A DNA stretch of 64,000 nt from Tubiluchus corallicola (taxonomy: Eukaryota > Animalia > Priapulida): contig JAQGDQ010000011.1 in NCBI GenBank assembly GCA_030141605.1, forward strand, positions 802,066-866,065, given 5' to 3'. Shown in pieces: positions 13,201 through 28,200 of the stretch (the stretch's first letter is position 1; the number at the start of each line of letters is the position of its first letter). The position numbers and the translations under genes were made by a program. The notes below the pieces were generated by a model. The model was not told where the DNA came from. It saw only the letters and a list, made by a program, of their open reading frames with translations, and made no database searches.

Positions 13201-16200
13201 AGCGTTCAAGGTCAATTGATTCGAAGACTGCTGTGTCGCCCTGTTTTTTGATACGCCCCATCTAAACCATGCAATTTGCATACCTTCACTAATTTGGCAG
13301 ATTTGGAGCTTTCAATGCCCTACACACACCTTTCGCTCATGCTTTGCTTGATGACAATAATAACTGCACATGGAGAAAAATGGACGCGTTTTTATTATCT
13401 TTTCTTTATGACAACTGAGCGTCATAGATGAACGCTGGCTTTCACGAATATGGCGGCTGCCATCACGCAATTCCGGTTAAACACAATAACCTTTTCATGT
13501 CGTATCAAAGTTAAGCAGCAAAACTGCTTATTATCGTAATATTTCCACTGCTGTCTAGTTAACTATTGTCAGCATGCAAACAGGCTTGTACTTGTAATCT
13601 TCGTGTCTATCATTTGGCGTATAGAATGTGGCATTTTAGTCCACGTGATGGCCATTTGTTGACTTGAAAGGCTTTTTCTAAGTTCACTACATGTCTGGTA
13701 TGCATAATGCATATACTAAAAGGTAAACTGTAGAGTGATTGCAAAGTAACTCTCATACTTTAACTTGTACGTTTTCAAATTTCAACAACTTCTACCCATA
13801 AATTTCATGGAATTTGTCTTGCATTATCAGTCAACACATCTGCTTCTTTCATACCTTAGTTATCTTTGTTGACAACAGCCAATACCTTGTTGTATTCAAT
13901 AGGTATTGAAAGTTATAACTATACTGGTGTAGTACTACAGGAGCTTTCTGTTTGGGTATTCACCCATATATGCTCTCAGTTAGTCCAGCATTGGATGTTA
14001 CCGTATTTTACTGAGACACTAAAGTCAATACAAGTCGTTCATATATGTAGCCACCAAGTAAAATTACAAGCAAGAACTGCTTTTACAAAAATCTCGGTAA
14101 AATTTATAGAATTTTATCTATTAGAGCGATTTTATGTGTGTCTCTGTGTCTGAGCCTCAAACGTCTTCAGCCTCAAAAGCCTCTTTGAACCTCAAAAGCC
14201 TCAAACCCTGTGTAATGACTGAGGATAATCTTTAGAAGTGACTTGGCATTACAAGTGAACGCTTGTGGACCTATTGCCTAACATCGTTTTTACTGTAATT
14301 ATTCTATTTTTATTTAACAAAGTTCTGTCCACATAAATCGTCCTTATTTTCTCTCCTGCGCGAACCAGTACAAGAAGTGACTCAGATTTCAAATTAATAA
14401 AACATTTCCTGCCTTGCGAGGCTAGATAATCATGCTGCTATCGGATAGATTTTAATTATTAAACCGACATTCGGGAATTTTTGTAACCAAAACGCAATTA
14501 CGCAAGAGTGAGCTCTCATTCCCAGCTCGCTTGACGTTAATTATTTATGCGCTGTCTGCTTTATCTGCTTTTGCTATAAGAGACCTTGTACTAATTATCT
14601 AGACTTCGCTTTTTCGTGCAGACTAATGAACAAAATTAATGGGGTAACATGATGATTTACTTGTAATTGAAGCAAACGATAGCAACCATATCAGACACAG
14701 ATCGACACCCTGTTTGCATGACATGAATACAAAAAACGTGATAATTTTAACAAACGGCAAAATAGTATTTTTATTGCTGTTGTTGTGGATGAAACTTTCT
14801 GCTGAACAATTAGTGAGATTTAGGATGAAACTAAGTGAGATTTCTGATAATATGCTTTGCAGTTTTTAAATTTTTAGTAATTTTCGGCCATAGTTTGGGT
14901 ATGCAAATCGTCAAATATACAGTAATATATGCTCATTGTATGTAATTAGGTATAACTACAACAGCCGTTGTAGTGAAACTAATGAATCTCGTAGATGGTT
15001 TTCGTGTGCTGCTGATCTATGCTTGGTCGCATTGTGACCATCAGAATTAGTAACTGCTCTAATTCTGAACGTTCTCTTGATGTTAAATGGCTAAGACAGG
15101 ATGCTTGGTGTAACGTTTATAGGTTATAGCCAATACATCTTACTATCTAAATTCTTCTCATCTCTGAAGCAAATGAACTGACTGAAATTCGTTGATGATA
15201 TTTTTTGTTGCATGAATATCTTAATCACTTATTTCCATCAATCAGTAAGTACTATTTTATACTTCAAAACGAACTGGTATAGCACAGCCTGCGGCCTTGA
15301 ATCTCATTACGGGCAATATATAGGTCCGTGGCTTCTTCAACTTTGCCATTTCCCAGCTCGCCTCTTTGGTTTCAATGTCTCTCACCATCATCATCAGGGA
15401 AAGCTGCATTACATTCAGCGTGGCGCTCCCTACAGACGGCCACCTAATTGGGTATCCGGAATATTTGCATTTGGAGGTATCGAGCGAGAGCACGCTTCAA
15501 GCTCTCTGTAATTGCATTGGCAGCGATGTTAGGAGGAGTCAATAGAAATGAATGAGTAATAGCATTATTATGGTGTGAATTTATTTATATGCACATTCGT
15601 TGCTGTGTAGTTCAGTCTGTCTGTGTTTAAGACTGTGCAGAAGGGTGTGTTCATGGCAAAAAATTGTTTGAATCTTGTGATTGTGGATGACCCTTCAAAG
15701 GAATAACATTTAGAACTGATTTTGTCACCACGGGCTGCACGTAGATCTCACAAATACTTATTTATTTAGTTCTTTTTTATTTAAGCTGTGAACTCGTCAA
15801 TGCAAATCAAATATTGATTTTTTGTAACATAATTTGTTGTACAAATCTATCTGAGTCATAAAATACGTATTCTTCTACGATGATGATGCTATATACTACA
15901 TTCGATTTGATCCGAGATTTTTTGTTAGTTCTTTGCTAATAGGAGTTATTAAGAGCTGAAATGACACTTTGTTGTGTCTATTCTTCAATCCACAGTTCTT
16001 AGCTAATTGCACTTGGCTGGAATATACTTTCTTCAAGGAATATAATTAGTTCTTTTATCATCAGCTGGAATGACACTTTCTATGACTTCACCCACAGTTT
16101 TCTGTTATTGTGTGCTAGTTACTGGTAGCACTCTGCTAACGGCAGTTTATTACCAGCCAGGAATTCAATTCAGTTCGTTTGTCGATATTTTTCCAGTAGC

Positions 16201-19200
16201 GTTTATAGTAGAATAACGAGTGAAATACATTACAGCTGTCGGTTTTCTTCGTTTTTATTGTGTGCGCTTGTATCGGTCTAGTGGTTTCTATTTGTTGCTC
16301 GCCCAACAATCAATAGCGCTCAACCGAGTTTCTACGCTGCCAGACTTTCAGAACAGCTCTCAGGAGGAGGTAGACCGCGTGTGGAAGTTCCGCCTTTCTG
16401 AGCTGACATTTAGTGTTGCTTGTGCGTCAATACTTGAGTGTTCTTAGCAGAAACAGCAAGTGAAATAGTTTACTGCAGTTTATCTTTACTTCACGTTTTC
16501 ATTGGGAGAAGAGGCCTCTCTCTCTCTCTCTCTCTGTGCATTATCGTTTGTTATGGAATTCAACATCATTTACTTCTTATCGCCAGTGGAGTAATAAAGT
16601 ATGTTTATAAATCTGTCTTTTTTGTAGGGGATAAATGAGAATTGTTTAATTATATCATGCTACATCGTGCATTTTGAACTCCAATTTACGTTCTATAGAA
16701 GTAAGACGAAGATTAATTTTGAATACTTCGATTGTGGTCACTGCATCAGTGTACGTTCTGGCCTTACTTAGCGCCTTGTTATATATTTACTGTTTAGTAT
16801 TTACATGTTCATGTTTACAAAGTATGTTACAGAAGTCAGTTTAGTGATCCAGGATGCATGTGGGTAGGTTAATATTACTAAAAACTGATAAGGAGGAGTG
16901 CGCAAACACCCTAACACTCCGTTTTGGCTTGTTTCCAAAATTTAAGTGATGTTATAGAAGCTCCGGGATAAATGTACTTAAATCCTTTTGATGGTGTTTT
17001 CGTTGTCCTCATTATTAAATTTTATATCGTTTCACTTCCTGTTGTTTAAACTGGCTGCTTTTATTCGTGAATATTTTGGCAAACGAATCATCATAACAGA
17101 TTCAGCGGTGATCTATCCACAAATTTCGCTTTGTATAACTGCTCGTGTCACAAAGAATAATAATTTTTGCTCGGAAAAGCGCCTGATGTCATTTTTTAAT
17201 AGTTTAGGATTGTGAAAAGTTTTTTGTTTTCAAAGCTATCGAGAAATAGTTGCTATCGACGAATCACTTAGTCTATGTAGTTTGCATTTAAATTTTTTCC
17301 AGTTCTTGTCTACACATACCAGTAAAAATTTATTGCCTGTAAAATGTAATAAGAATGCTGTAATCATACAGGAACAGAGACAATAAGAACAAAAATAACA
17401 AAAGAATATGAATTCTAGTTCTCATTAGTAGAAACTCTGCACCCAAATTGACCTGGAACTCAGGAGATACAGGTGTTCGTTGGAAAAAATGTCCTTTACC
17501 AAACCAACGGTCTAGCAGTGAACGACTGAGTTGTTTTGAATTCATGGCCTCAGAAGGAACATGCTTTTATTGAAAGTCCGTTAAACAGTTGTTAATAAAC
17601 CCAGAAATCCTAGGAGTGGTTACGCTGATCAACCCAACCGCCCAGTTGACACAATCAGTAACATGTTTGCGCCATGTGTGGCATGTGTGCTACATTGAGT
17701 AGAGAAAAGTCTGGCCTGGAGTAGCTGACCTGTTTAACTTCGACCACACTCTAGCTTGTTTACCACGTCTATCTATCAACAGCTGTGGTTGACCTCAAAT
17801 GCACTACAGCAGCAAAGTCTCGATCATTTGTTTTACGAGTTCTGCTTTGCCTCTTTGCATATTTTCCGCCCGGATCTTAATGAAAATCTTAAAGAATGTT
17901 AGAATGTGAAGACGGGAGATAAATCTTGCCACGTACGTACGTGCCATTCCTCAGCTTTTTCTCATCTTCCCTAAATCTTAACTGACCCTCTATTAGAAAC
18001 TATTTATAACATTGGTAACAGCTATTGAAGCTCGTGTAGGAGAACTACAGCCTCGAAGCCTGCGTGACTAATAATAGAAGACCGTATGTTCGTACGTATA
18101 TGTGTGTTTGTGTTTGTTAATGTGTTTTGCCTAGATATAGTGCGCGCCAGTCTAGACTCTAGTTCTTATTTATAGCATACACATGAAATTGTTTCCACTA
18201 CGTAACATTTGCTGAGCCGTAAGGTAATGGTGGAAAGTTGTTTGGTCAAAGAGACATGGCTTATCTGAAGACTGGTTGACTTCAAAAATTGCGTAGCAGT
18301 CTCTTATCTTTGCTGTGGGGAGCAAAAAAGTCGCTTTGAAAATGGCTAAATAGACCAGACTGATATTCAGTCCGAAACTGTTAGTTTATTATGCATCCAG
18401 CTAAAGAAACTCCATACTGGTCTAAAAAGTGGCCGAATTTTGGGGTTTTGTGATGCTTTGTTACTCGTCTTAAGCAAAGTTTCCATGACTTCTTATCTGT
18501 AATCTACCCCAACAAGAAATGTACAGTAATGAATAGAGCATCTCTGTTCCCCAGCCTTATCAGTAATCGTGATGTCGCCATAAAAAAGTCGCTCTGTGAT
18601 ATATTGCAGTTTTATGAATTCATTGAACTAAGTCATGTGTGCCCAGTACACTGCGTTGATCATGTACTTGTAAATATTATGTTGACTAGGCGCCCCTTAA
18701 ACAGGAATCTGTTAAAACAGAGGTACATTACGATAATCGGTAGGTCCTTCTTTTAAAAATGAAAACCAAAATTGGATGAGGAAGATTTGAGAGGATATAC
18801 CGATGACTCTGTGACATTGTTATTTCAGGTCATGTGATGTTAACGTTTACGAGCAAAATAATGTTTAGTTTAAAAACCAAACTGATTTTCCATAGTGTGA
18901 AATCCGTGAAGCATGAAAGCTAAATACTCATAAAAGGACATTAGATAAAAGTGCAGCATTTATTTACAAAGATTCCTGTCTGAACAATTCAAACAAACGC
19001 CTATTTTCTACTGCTTTAATGAAAGTGCTGAAAAATAAACATGGAAATAAGAGAAATTTTTCCGATTAGTGTTATAAAATATAGATGTCATAATAGTTCT
19101 ATATAATTATTAACTTGTTGGATGCGTGGGAAAGTTAAGACGTGTTTTACGCTGAACAAACTGCAATTTTAAAGGTCGTAGCGCTTTTGGCATTGGCACA

Positions 19201-22200
19201 GGTCCATATAAACGAATGACAATGAGGTCTTTTCAGTATACAGCCGAAAAGCCGTTTTTCTGAAAAGCCGGGAACCCCCAACAAAAAGAGAAATTGCTTG
19301 GCTTAATGGCGAACTGGCACGGTGGGTAACAGTGCACACCCATTATATAATCTAGAGCTTCAGTCACTTCACGGTGGTTTTGTATAGAAACTGCATGCCT
19401 TTGGCAATTACGACTGCTGGGCTGTAAGATCTGTACAGCTATATTAGCAGCACAGCTTAATGAATAACTTTCAGACCCTGACACAGCCGTTAACAACCAT
19501 CTCTCTTGGTGCCATTTCGTGATTGAAATGTTACCGAAAGGTTCTCATTAACGACCAGCGAATACCGAGTATTAATTAATGTCTTGCTATAAATGGGCAT
19601 AAATATAGTTGACTGAGCGAAGTGGGTAACGAGGTCTCATTCATAGACCCGATTTTTCTTAGAGATTTTTTTCTTAAAGTTCTTTTTTTTTGTGATGCGA
19701 GTTGCCTTTCTGGTTTGAACGCCACGTCTGAAAATTACTTGTCCGTCTGAATTGTCCACACATGGACCTAGGTTTTCTGAAGCTAGTTCAAAGTTGCAGA
19801 GCCTCTAAAGACCCTTAGTCACTTCTTTTAATCCTTGGAACTCACTTTGCTGCTGGATCCTTAATTTTGTGCTCAATAAACCGATCTTTTGAGGTTGTTT
19901 TTGGAGCTTTTATTTGTTTGACAAGTAACGATTGTTTCGTGGTCTGATATCTAGGCATTTACTTCAAAATGGTTTTGTGACGAGAAGAATAAATTGAGTG
20001 CATTATTCAAGGTGTGTTCCTAGTTTAAAATTAAACAGTACAGAGTTTGGTCAGTAAATGCATGGGTAACAGCTGCAAAAGTGCCAAAGTGTATTAAAGA
20101 ATTTGCACAAACAAAGTTCAAGTGCAGGCAGTATATTGATTTCTTTGTTTAATGTTGATAATACAGTAAATAAATAAACAGCGTAGTTAACTAAGCATTA
20201 CTATGTCTAGTGGATAGGGTAGATTGTACATGATTAATGAAGGCAGTGTCTATAGGGAGTTGCGCCTTGTTAATGGTTAATACGTGTATTACTTGTGTGC
20301 ACAATTGATCTCTTACTTAAATTGTCTGTGGGTACCTGTATAATGTCTACGTATTAAATTACAACCTTGGTATGTTTATTAAATAGGTCCAGAAATTTTC
20401 TTTATTTTTCAACATCGTCTCGCATCTTAGACAACAAAAAACTGATCTCCAATCACCTGAACAATTTATGGATATTTGGGTTGTTATTTTCCATCTTCGT
20501 CAATCTTGCACTCAGCCATTTGTGCGATCGTTTTGAATAGAGTCCCCAAGATCCCCCTTATCTTGCTCCCATCGAATGAATACGCCAGTGCGTAAACAAA
20601 TGCTACTGCCATACCACCCTTATTCTCTTCTCAGTCTGATGAACTATCGATCAGTAGTGCCATTAAAAACAAGCTAGGACTATGCTCTGTGTACAAATCG
20701 ATATCAAATGTTGATTGCCTGTTATCACTGGCGTACATGAATCTTAACTGGCTTGAACTCAGCGGGCAGAGAGAGAAAATGTGCTTCTGACATTCTCAGA
20801 TTTCGAAGCGGGTCGAATTTCCACACAGATCAATTCAAAGAACATTTTCTTACGAGTCGGCGGTGCTCCTGCATTCTGGTTTTTCTAGTTCTGAATGTCT
20901 ACGGGCTGTGGAACAACTAGTTAAGTCTGTGACTCGGTGCATGCCAGCCATTGCCAGGTAAATCATCATTTGTGAGATCAGACACTTTAAGGTCGCAGTG
21001 TTACTAATTTCATTTGACAGCTTTTGTGTCGTTTTTGGGTAATGAACCCTGTCTGTTTAACTTAAGTGTTTTCTAAAACTAGTTGGTATGTAGTAAATTT
21101 CATTGTATAATGTAAATAGGCTACGTGTTTGCTGTTGACCTATTTTACTTAATATTAATGCGAGCTGATTCTCATTTTAGAAAACTTTTTCGTTTATGTG
21201 AACAATGTGATACGAAAGTAATTTTGTGTAATAACTTCATAATTATACTGTATAACAGTAATGCATATATTATTATTGTATAGATTATGCACAAAATAGC
21301 ATAATTATTTCATTTTAGCCTGCAGGTTCTCTTGCAGGCTACCGAGCTCACTTATGTTTTGTCTTGGTAGTATTAGTACCAGGAAACAGTACCAGGAAAC
21401 AACTCGTATGTAGATTGCGTACGGCGTACACTGGTAAACAGAATTTTGTTTTTATGAGCATAGATTCATTTTGTTGGTAAAGAAAAATTACAATTATAAC
21501 TTCGTGACGTATTTATAGGGCATGCGATTTTCTGTTTGAAAATTGAACAAATTTCCTTTCAAAGAATCATTTCCGCTTCAATTCTGTTCCACAGAAATTA
21601 GAAGCTACATGGCCTTACAACTGATGTTTATTCCAACTATACATGCAGATGAATAAAGTTTCACATCTCTTTGAATGTTATTTAATGCGTCCAGATGATA
21701 CCATTTTTCTGTCTGCTCAACATTTGATTGCCGCCTGGCGGAAACCTGAATAAATTTAAATAGAAAAGTGCATAAAATTTTGCAATGAATTTTTAAGTAT
21801 AATAGTTTTTGTTTTGCTGCTGGTATGTTTTAGGTCGAATGATTTAAGACATGTTTTCCCATGTCAATGAAATTTTCCCAAATTTTATTAATCTTGCGGG
21901 AGAGGAAAAATTTATATTACTAATGAATGGAAATGAAAGTGAACTTGCAAATTTAATTTCAAACTATATACAGACAATTTTAAAAGAAGAAAATAACATC
22001 TTAGTCGCAAAAAAACATATTCAATTGATAGCAAAGGCACATTACTGTAATTATATAATTTTTGTGAACGTGTAAATATTATATACTGTTTAACCTCTAT
22101 TGTTTCTTTTACAGTTTAATAATTATGACGATTATACCCAAGTTTTGGGATGTTTTGTATGTTGTGTGATTTTTTTTTACGTAAATTGTATTGTATATTG

Positions 22201-25200
22201 TTTTGTATCGTTCGTCAATAAACTATTTGTCAAAGTTTCATCTTAGCATTTTAAACAAACAAAGTATAGCCTTAATGATAATTAAATTACTTTTTTGCAG
22301 AATTTCAAGTCTGTGGTAGACAAAGCCAGTCTATCATCATACAAGACAAAACCCGTCGAGTTTTTTAGCGATCTTTTTCTGACATTTTTGGAGGACTCAG
22401 AACTGAGGCCACATACAGTAAGTGCACTTTTTCTGATTTCTGCATAACTATTTGTCAGCTATAGCAATAAAGTTGCTCCATACATTTCTTTATCCAAATT
22501 CGGGTACTATTTGAAGTAGCATATCAGGTTTAGGAGCAAGCAAGTGCCAAACTTTTCTGTTGAAGTGAACATGGAGTTACCATCTGTCAAAATGGGTTGG
22601 TGTGCTGTTAAGGGTAGGCTGACGTAAAACGTAAACAGGTGTTCAGACTTCAGAGATAATAATTAGAGTATGAATATTTGGACCAAGTCTGGTTGAAAAT
22701 TTGCAGCAACTGCAGAATTCTTGAATCCTCACTGTCTTGATGGACTAAAACCAATAGCCATTGTAGGCGATGCAGTACAGCTTCTACAGTTTATTTTTGC
22801 TCAGTACTACATAATACAGAAAGCTAAACAATGTGATTTCTAATGTGCAATTGGATGGATGACTACCGACTACTAGAAAAAATTATTCTGGCTATGAAAT
22901 TTCACTTCCATATCCACAAATTTTACGACAATACCCTTAGATTTATCCTTATCCATCTTGCCCTATCCACGTGTATGACGTACCCGTATTCCCCGAATAC
23001 CCGCAAAGCACAGGCTGTTTTTACTTTCTACCAATACTGAAAATGTTGGAAATCAAATGAATAAACGTTTGTACATGATTAAATCAAACGTTTGTTTTTA
23101 TCCAGTGCACAACATGAATTAGAGAATGTATTTTTGTTCATTATCATAAAATACGTCTTCAGTTTTAGTTGAACAATGTCTTTCAGGCTTTCAGCCTTAA
23201 ACACAGTGAGTGAAACTCCCGACAATCAAACAAACAGACGTAGAGTCATTTTAATTTCCTCAGCGAGTTTTCGATGCTTCCAGTTCTTCAACTCCATGCC
23301 AATTACTTTGCAGCTTGGGCAAAACATAAGCTTCAGCAGTACAGTGGAATTTGACTATCCTAGTTCGTAAACTTATGTTACTAATGACTACTGTTACATC
23401 ATATCCTCACAACAATCATATGACAAGTAAAATAAACTGCTATTCAGAATAATGATATTCTCTGCTGTATTTCCTTTTAAATCACATATAGATGTCCATG
23501 AATATTATCACCTATGGCCTAAGTCTGCCATCCTTACATCATCATATCAGTATCCAAGGCAACCCTGATTATTTCCCTTTGGGGCGTTTTATTTGCTGAA
23601 TTTAGCACACAATACCGTAAATATGTTATACTCGAAGCGTGCGAGTGTTTATTATTAGCCAGAAGCCATTTCTATTTATCACAATTGTTGTTTTGTTCAT
23701 AGAGACACCTAACAAGCTTTGCTGAAGCCATTTTCCAACGCTCAGTCGTAATAAGCAATGGGTTTGCCTTACTCTCTCTTGTCAACAGAACTAAATTTAG
23801 GAAAAACCGAGGTGCGGCAGTTGCAGTTGCCTAGCAACCACTCAGATGCATTAGAAAGTTCCAGCTACGTGTGCTAATTAAGTGCACATTAGCGCAGCTA
23901 AGGTTTCTCCTGGCGTTGCAGCACCATCAGCAGCAGACAGCCGTGCTGGTGATAAATTTAATTAGCATGGAGTTATTTTATGGCTGGCAGTCATGTTATG
24001 GTCTTAGTGAGTTATGTGTCTAACTCATTTAATCAGAAAGGAATATTTGCCATTTTAAAAACCGTTAGCTACTTTAGAATTAAGGCGAAGCACTTTTTAA
24101 GACTTTAATGTACGTGTACTGTCGTAAAGACGCTATCACGTTCTTAAGAAAATTAATTTTAAAATTTAACTAGTTCAAGCTGCTACGTGTAAATCTGGGT
24201 GCATCATTAGTAATTATACAGTAAATATTTTTGTTTCCATAGTTGGGTGTGAGTTGGCTTGTTAGTTGTTCGTTGATTGGTTAGTTGGCTGATTGATTGG
24301 GGTTTGGTTGGCTGATCGTTTTGTGAGGCTGTTGAGATTACGTGACAAATGCATATTCCAGTTCCCAGTTCTCCACGTTGAAAACCTTCCCAGTTTATGA
24401 ACATCAGCCTTTCTGATACCAGCTCGTGAGAAAGAAATATGGAATTTTGCCGTAATTTCGTGACCTATGTTATTGTACTCTTCTCACACCTGCAAAAATC
24501 TAGATCTTCAATCTTATTTACACACATTGCAATCGGCGTTATAGTTTCGCTAACTTGACACGTGTAGTTTTTTGTATAGGTTATTTATGGAAACTGATAA
24601 TATATCATTGAAATGTTGACTTTCAATCTTTGCCCTCAGTGCAACTTTTGTACCTATGTATCACAAATCAACTGCACTATACAGTACTACAGAGCCATGC
24701 CATATAAATTATCAAGGTCTATTTTATAAATACAGATATGTACGTATAATAAAGGTTCGATGCTTCTAATGGAAGTTTTCATCACGTCATAGATGCCCCT
24801 TTTGCAGCCCTCATTGATCTCCCCCTGAGCTTTTGTGTGTTTCCTCTCACGTAGACAGGTAGTTAGCTTAATTGATGTTTTCTAACCACAACATTCTAAA
24901 CGTCAGCCGACAGAAAGCCGTTTTAGTACGGTGCTGCCTTTTTCTGATATTAACTTCGCTAACCATTAGTGGTTAGTTAGCAACGTTGTGGTTATGGAGT
25001 CTATGTATATTGTCTATATACGAGGTTACCGGGTAAAACTGCTCCTGTAGGTAATAATAAGCGTCACTATGACCATTGATGACTTCTTAACTAAACGCGC
25101 AAGATTATATAGGATTATTACGTGGAACTATTTTATTTTTGAAAGAGTGAAATGTGCAGCAACTTTTCTGACACGATTAAATCATTACTGGTTTCTAGTA

Positions 25201-28200
25201 GAAACGATTATTGAAACTTTCAGTTTAATTTAATTCATCTCATTTTACAAACATGTAACACGGCTGGTGATTTCAGTTTTCCATTTCAATTCATTTACTT
25301 TGACTGTTGGGTGAACGTACCATTAGTCCATTACTTATTAACAACATAAAAACAGCTGTCAATAAACTTTTACAGAAAAAGTTATCGTCTACACGTAAAT
25401 GCAAGAAAAGTACGCCTTGATGCAAAGGTTTCATAAACGCATTAACCTACATAGAATAGTAAATGCTTTTATCATATCAATTGACCCGCAACCTGTCCGC
25501 AGATCTCAGACTGAATTGAGTTTCTAGTTTGATAAGTGTTTAGAATGCACAATGCGCTCTCCAAGCTGGAGGAACTCAAAAATACATTTATTGAACGCAG
25601 TAAAACGACTCGTAAAACGAAATCAGTTTATGTCGAAACCTGCTGTTCGATTAAATTGTCTTACCGGCTGTCTTCACGAGCAAATTTTTTGGGTCACCAA
25701 CATCTAAGCATGGGAGTGTACTGGCTACTGCGGTGACTAAGCCTCTTTAAAGGGGAATTTTCCTTCGAAGCAGATGTTGCCGCCTCGCACGAGCTTGGCA
25801 ATTACGGCTAAATTACGTTGCGCTGGCAATTACGGTGAGCCGTTGTAGTGTAATGTAATTTCCTTGGAGGTAGCCTAGGAATCAAGCTTAATACCACTAT
25901 GTACTGTCTTGTATACTAAGCTGCTAATAACCTGTCTAAATCAACCCTTTAATGATGAAAACGAACTTACAGCCACAGCATAGGAGCAAGACGGGATTTG
26001 GAAGTAGTGAATCGTAGTAATGCTATATGGTCCTCGCAAGTGTAAGTCCGAACAATGTGATAATGTACGCTTTATGCGACCCAGCGGGAAAGCCAGAATA
26101 TCTGTACGATATCAAATGTATTCCCCTGATATAAAACACTGCAAAGATTGACTGCTATTTAGTAATAGGCGCACACGTACACGTAATACGATCTGTTTTT
26201 TACTTGTAATTTTCAAAAATTAGAACCGTTACAGCATCGAAGTGCTCTGCTCAGAAGACATGCCCATATTAATTCAGAGCCCCGAATGGCCTTGAATGAA
26301 TAAATCTAGTGAGTTTGAATTGGTCCTACTATCATGAGGACACCTGTATGTTCCCGAAGCTCACAGCCATCTACATTAAAGCCATGCAAATAGTTATAAT
26401 GTCGTAACTGCCTGGGGTACAATGTCATATTTGTATAATACACGGTATATATTTAGCACAACACAACGAACGCACCTGCAGTTTTCAGCTGTCTATCATC
26501 ATTGAATGTTTGCACTGTGTGTTAGTTTAAACCCGGCTGATATATCATAATTTGAACTGTTGCAGTTGTCTATAGTTGACTGTGTTTATTGCACACTTAC
26601 GTAGTTCCTAGTAACATGTACAAAGTGCTTGTTTCAGCTACTACCTAGTTGTACATTCCGCCAATTCCACAGGTGTCTGTTTATAAATTATTCTACTACC
26701 AAACAGGCGCTTCGAACACATATTAGTTGTTTAACTACACAGAGGCTTTAAATAAAGAGTCTTGTTCTGTTGAATAGCGGTATTTTGGAGAGTTGAGTAG
26801 TAGTCCTTTGAAAGCTGAATCCAGTCTCACAACTTTTTGACTTGTTAGAAATGCAACATTAATGCTTACTATTATTATATGGCTATTATGCTTATGTCAA
26901 GCGAGAAAATCATTAAAACGGATTTGATTCCATTGACTGGGTTGCTTAATTCGAAGACAGTAAACAAGCGTGATAAGCACAAAATAAATGCTCACGTTAA
27001 CTCTAATCTCGGGTGTGGATTAAGGTTACGCAAGGAGAAATGCTAGGCCAGCTAGGGCAAAGCGCTCGCTACCCAGATTTGATAATTTATATCGACAGTT
27101 GATTTGTTTAAACCTGGATCTTATCGAGAATTATAGTACTCGATAAAAAACACAAAGTTTATAACCTAGCTACACGTGTGCTACGCTTGGTTCAAGGACG
27201 TCACATTTCCCAAGACACGCAAGTGCATAACTTTCATGTAAACCAAAAGTGCTGTCAGTCTGCAATACTGGTCATTTATCAGAGTAGACTAAATTATATG
27301 CTGCGCAAGTTTTAGCAGCTACATTAGCATATAAATACGCTCTGTGAGGGCTCTCCTATCAGCTCAATTTGCATACGAGGAATTTACATAATCTCCCCAA
27401 CGCCAATGACGTCCATTGTTCAAATCTAATGAGAACATATTTTCATTTTCAATCGTCCAGCAGTAACGTATCGGATACAACTCGTAATACGCTAAAAATT
27501 TCTCTGCGATTTAGCCAATTGGTGATCGACCATTGAATTTCAGAAAATCCATTCTAGAAAATCGGTTTGTGCAATCGTGAGAAAAGAGGCTTTGGGGGAA
27601 AAACAGAGTCGGAGGATTTATCGCCGAAAATTGGATTAGACGTTACTTTCAAATATTTTGCCATGTAGCAAGAAAATATCTAAAGCCTATTAATTTATGG
27701 GGATAGTCGGCCCGTCGGAGCAGTATTTAAAAGCCTTGGAAAAAAAGCTGATAATTTGCTATAGATGTATCGACCAAATTAGAGTACTCTGCTCCTGTTT
27801 GGCCAGCGTACGTGTAAAATACACGACTACAGTTGTAATAAGTGCTTTTTACTTTTTACACTGTAATATGTGTGGCTTTGACTCGAGAATGGCTAACAGA
27901 GTGGAATTAATATCGACAGATTACAAAATAATTAAACGAATAACAGAAACTTTTCATGACCGATGAATGCAAATTTTAGTACACGTGAAATGAACAAGAT
28001 TATAGCTCATTTGAGTATAACTCATATTATTTAGTTGGCTCTGCCAGTCAAGAGATAGATACATGGAGATATGGCGAGGCACTGGGGTTGACTTCTGTGA
28101 AACAGTTTTGTGAGCAAACTTGCCAAAGACAGTCCCAGCTAAGTGTATCTACGAATTTAGCAGAAAAGAAATTTTGGAACTGTTAGTAAAACAACATGCT

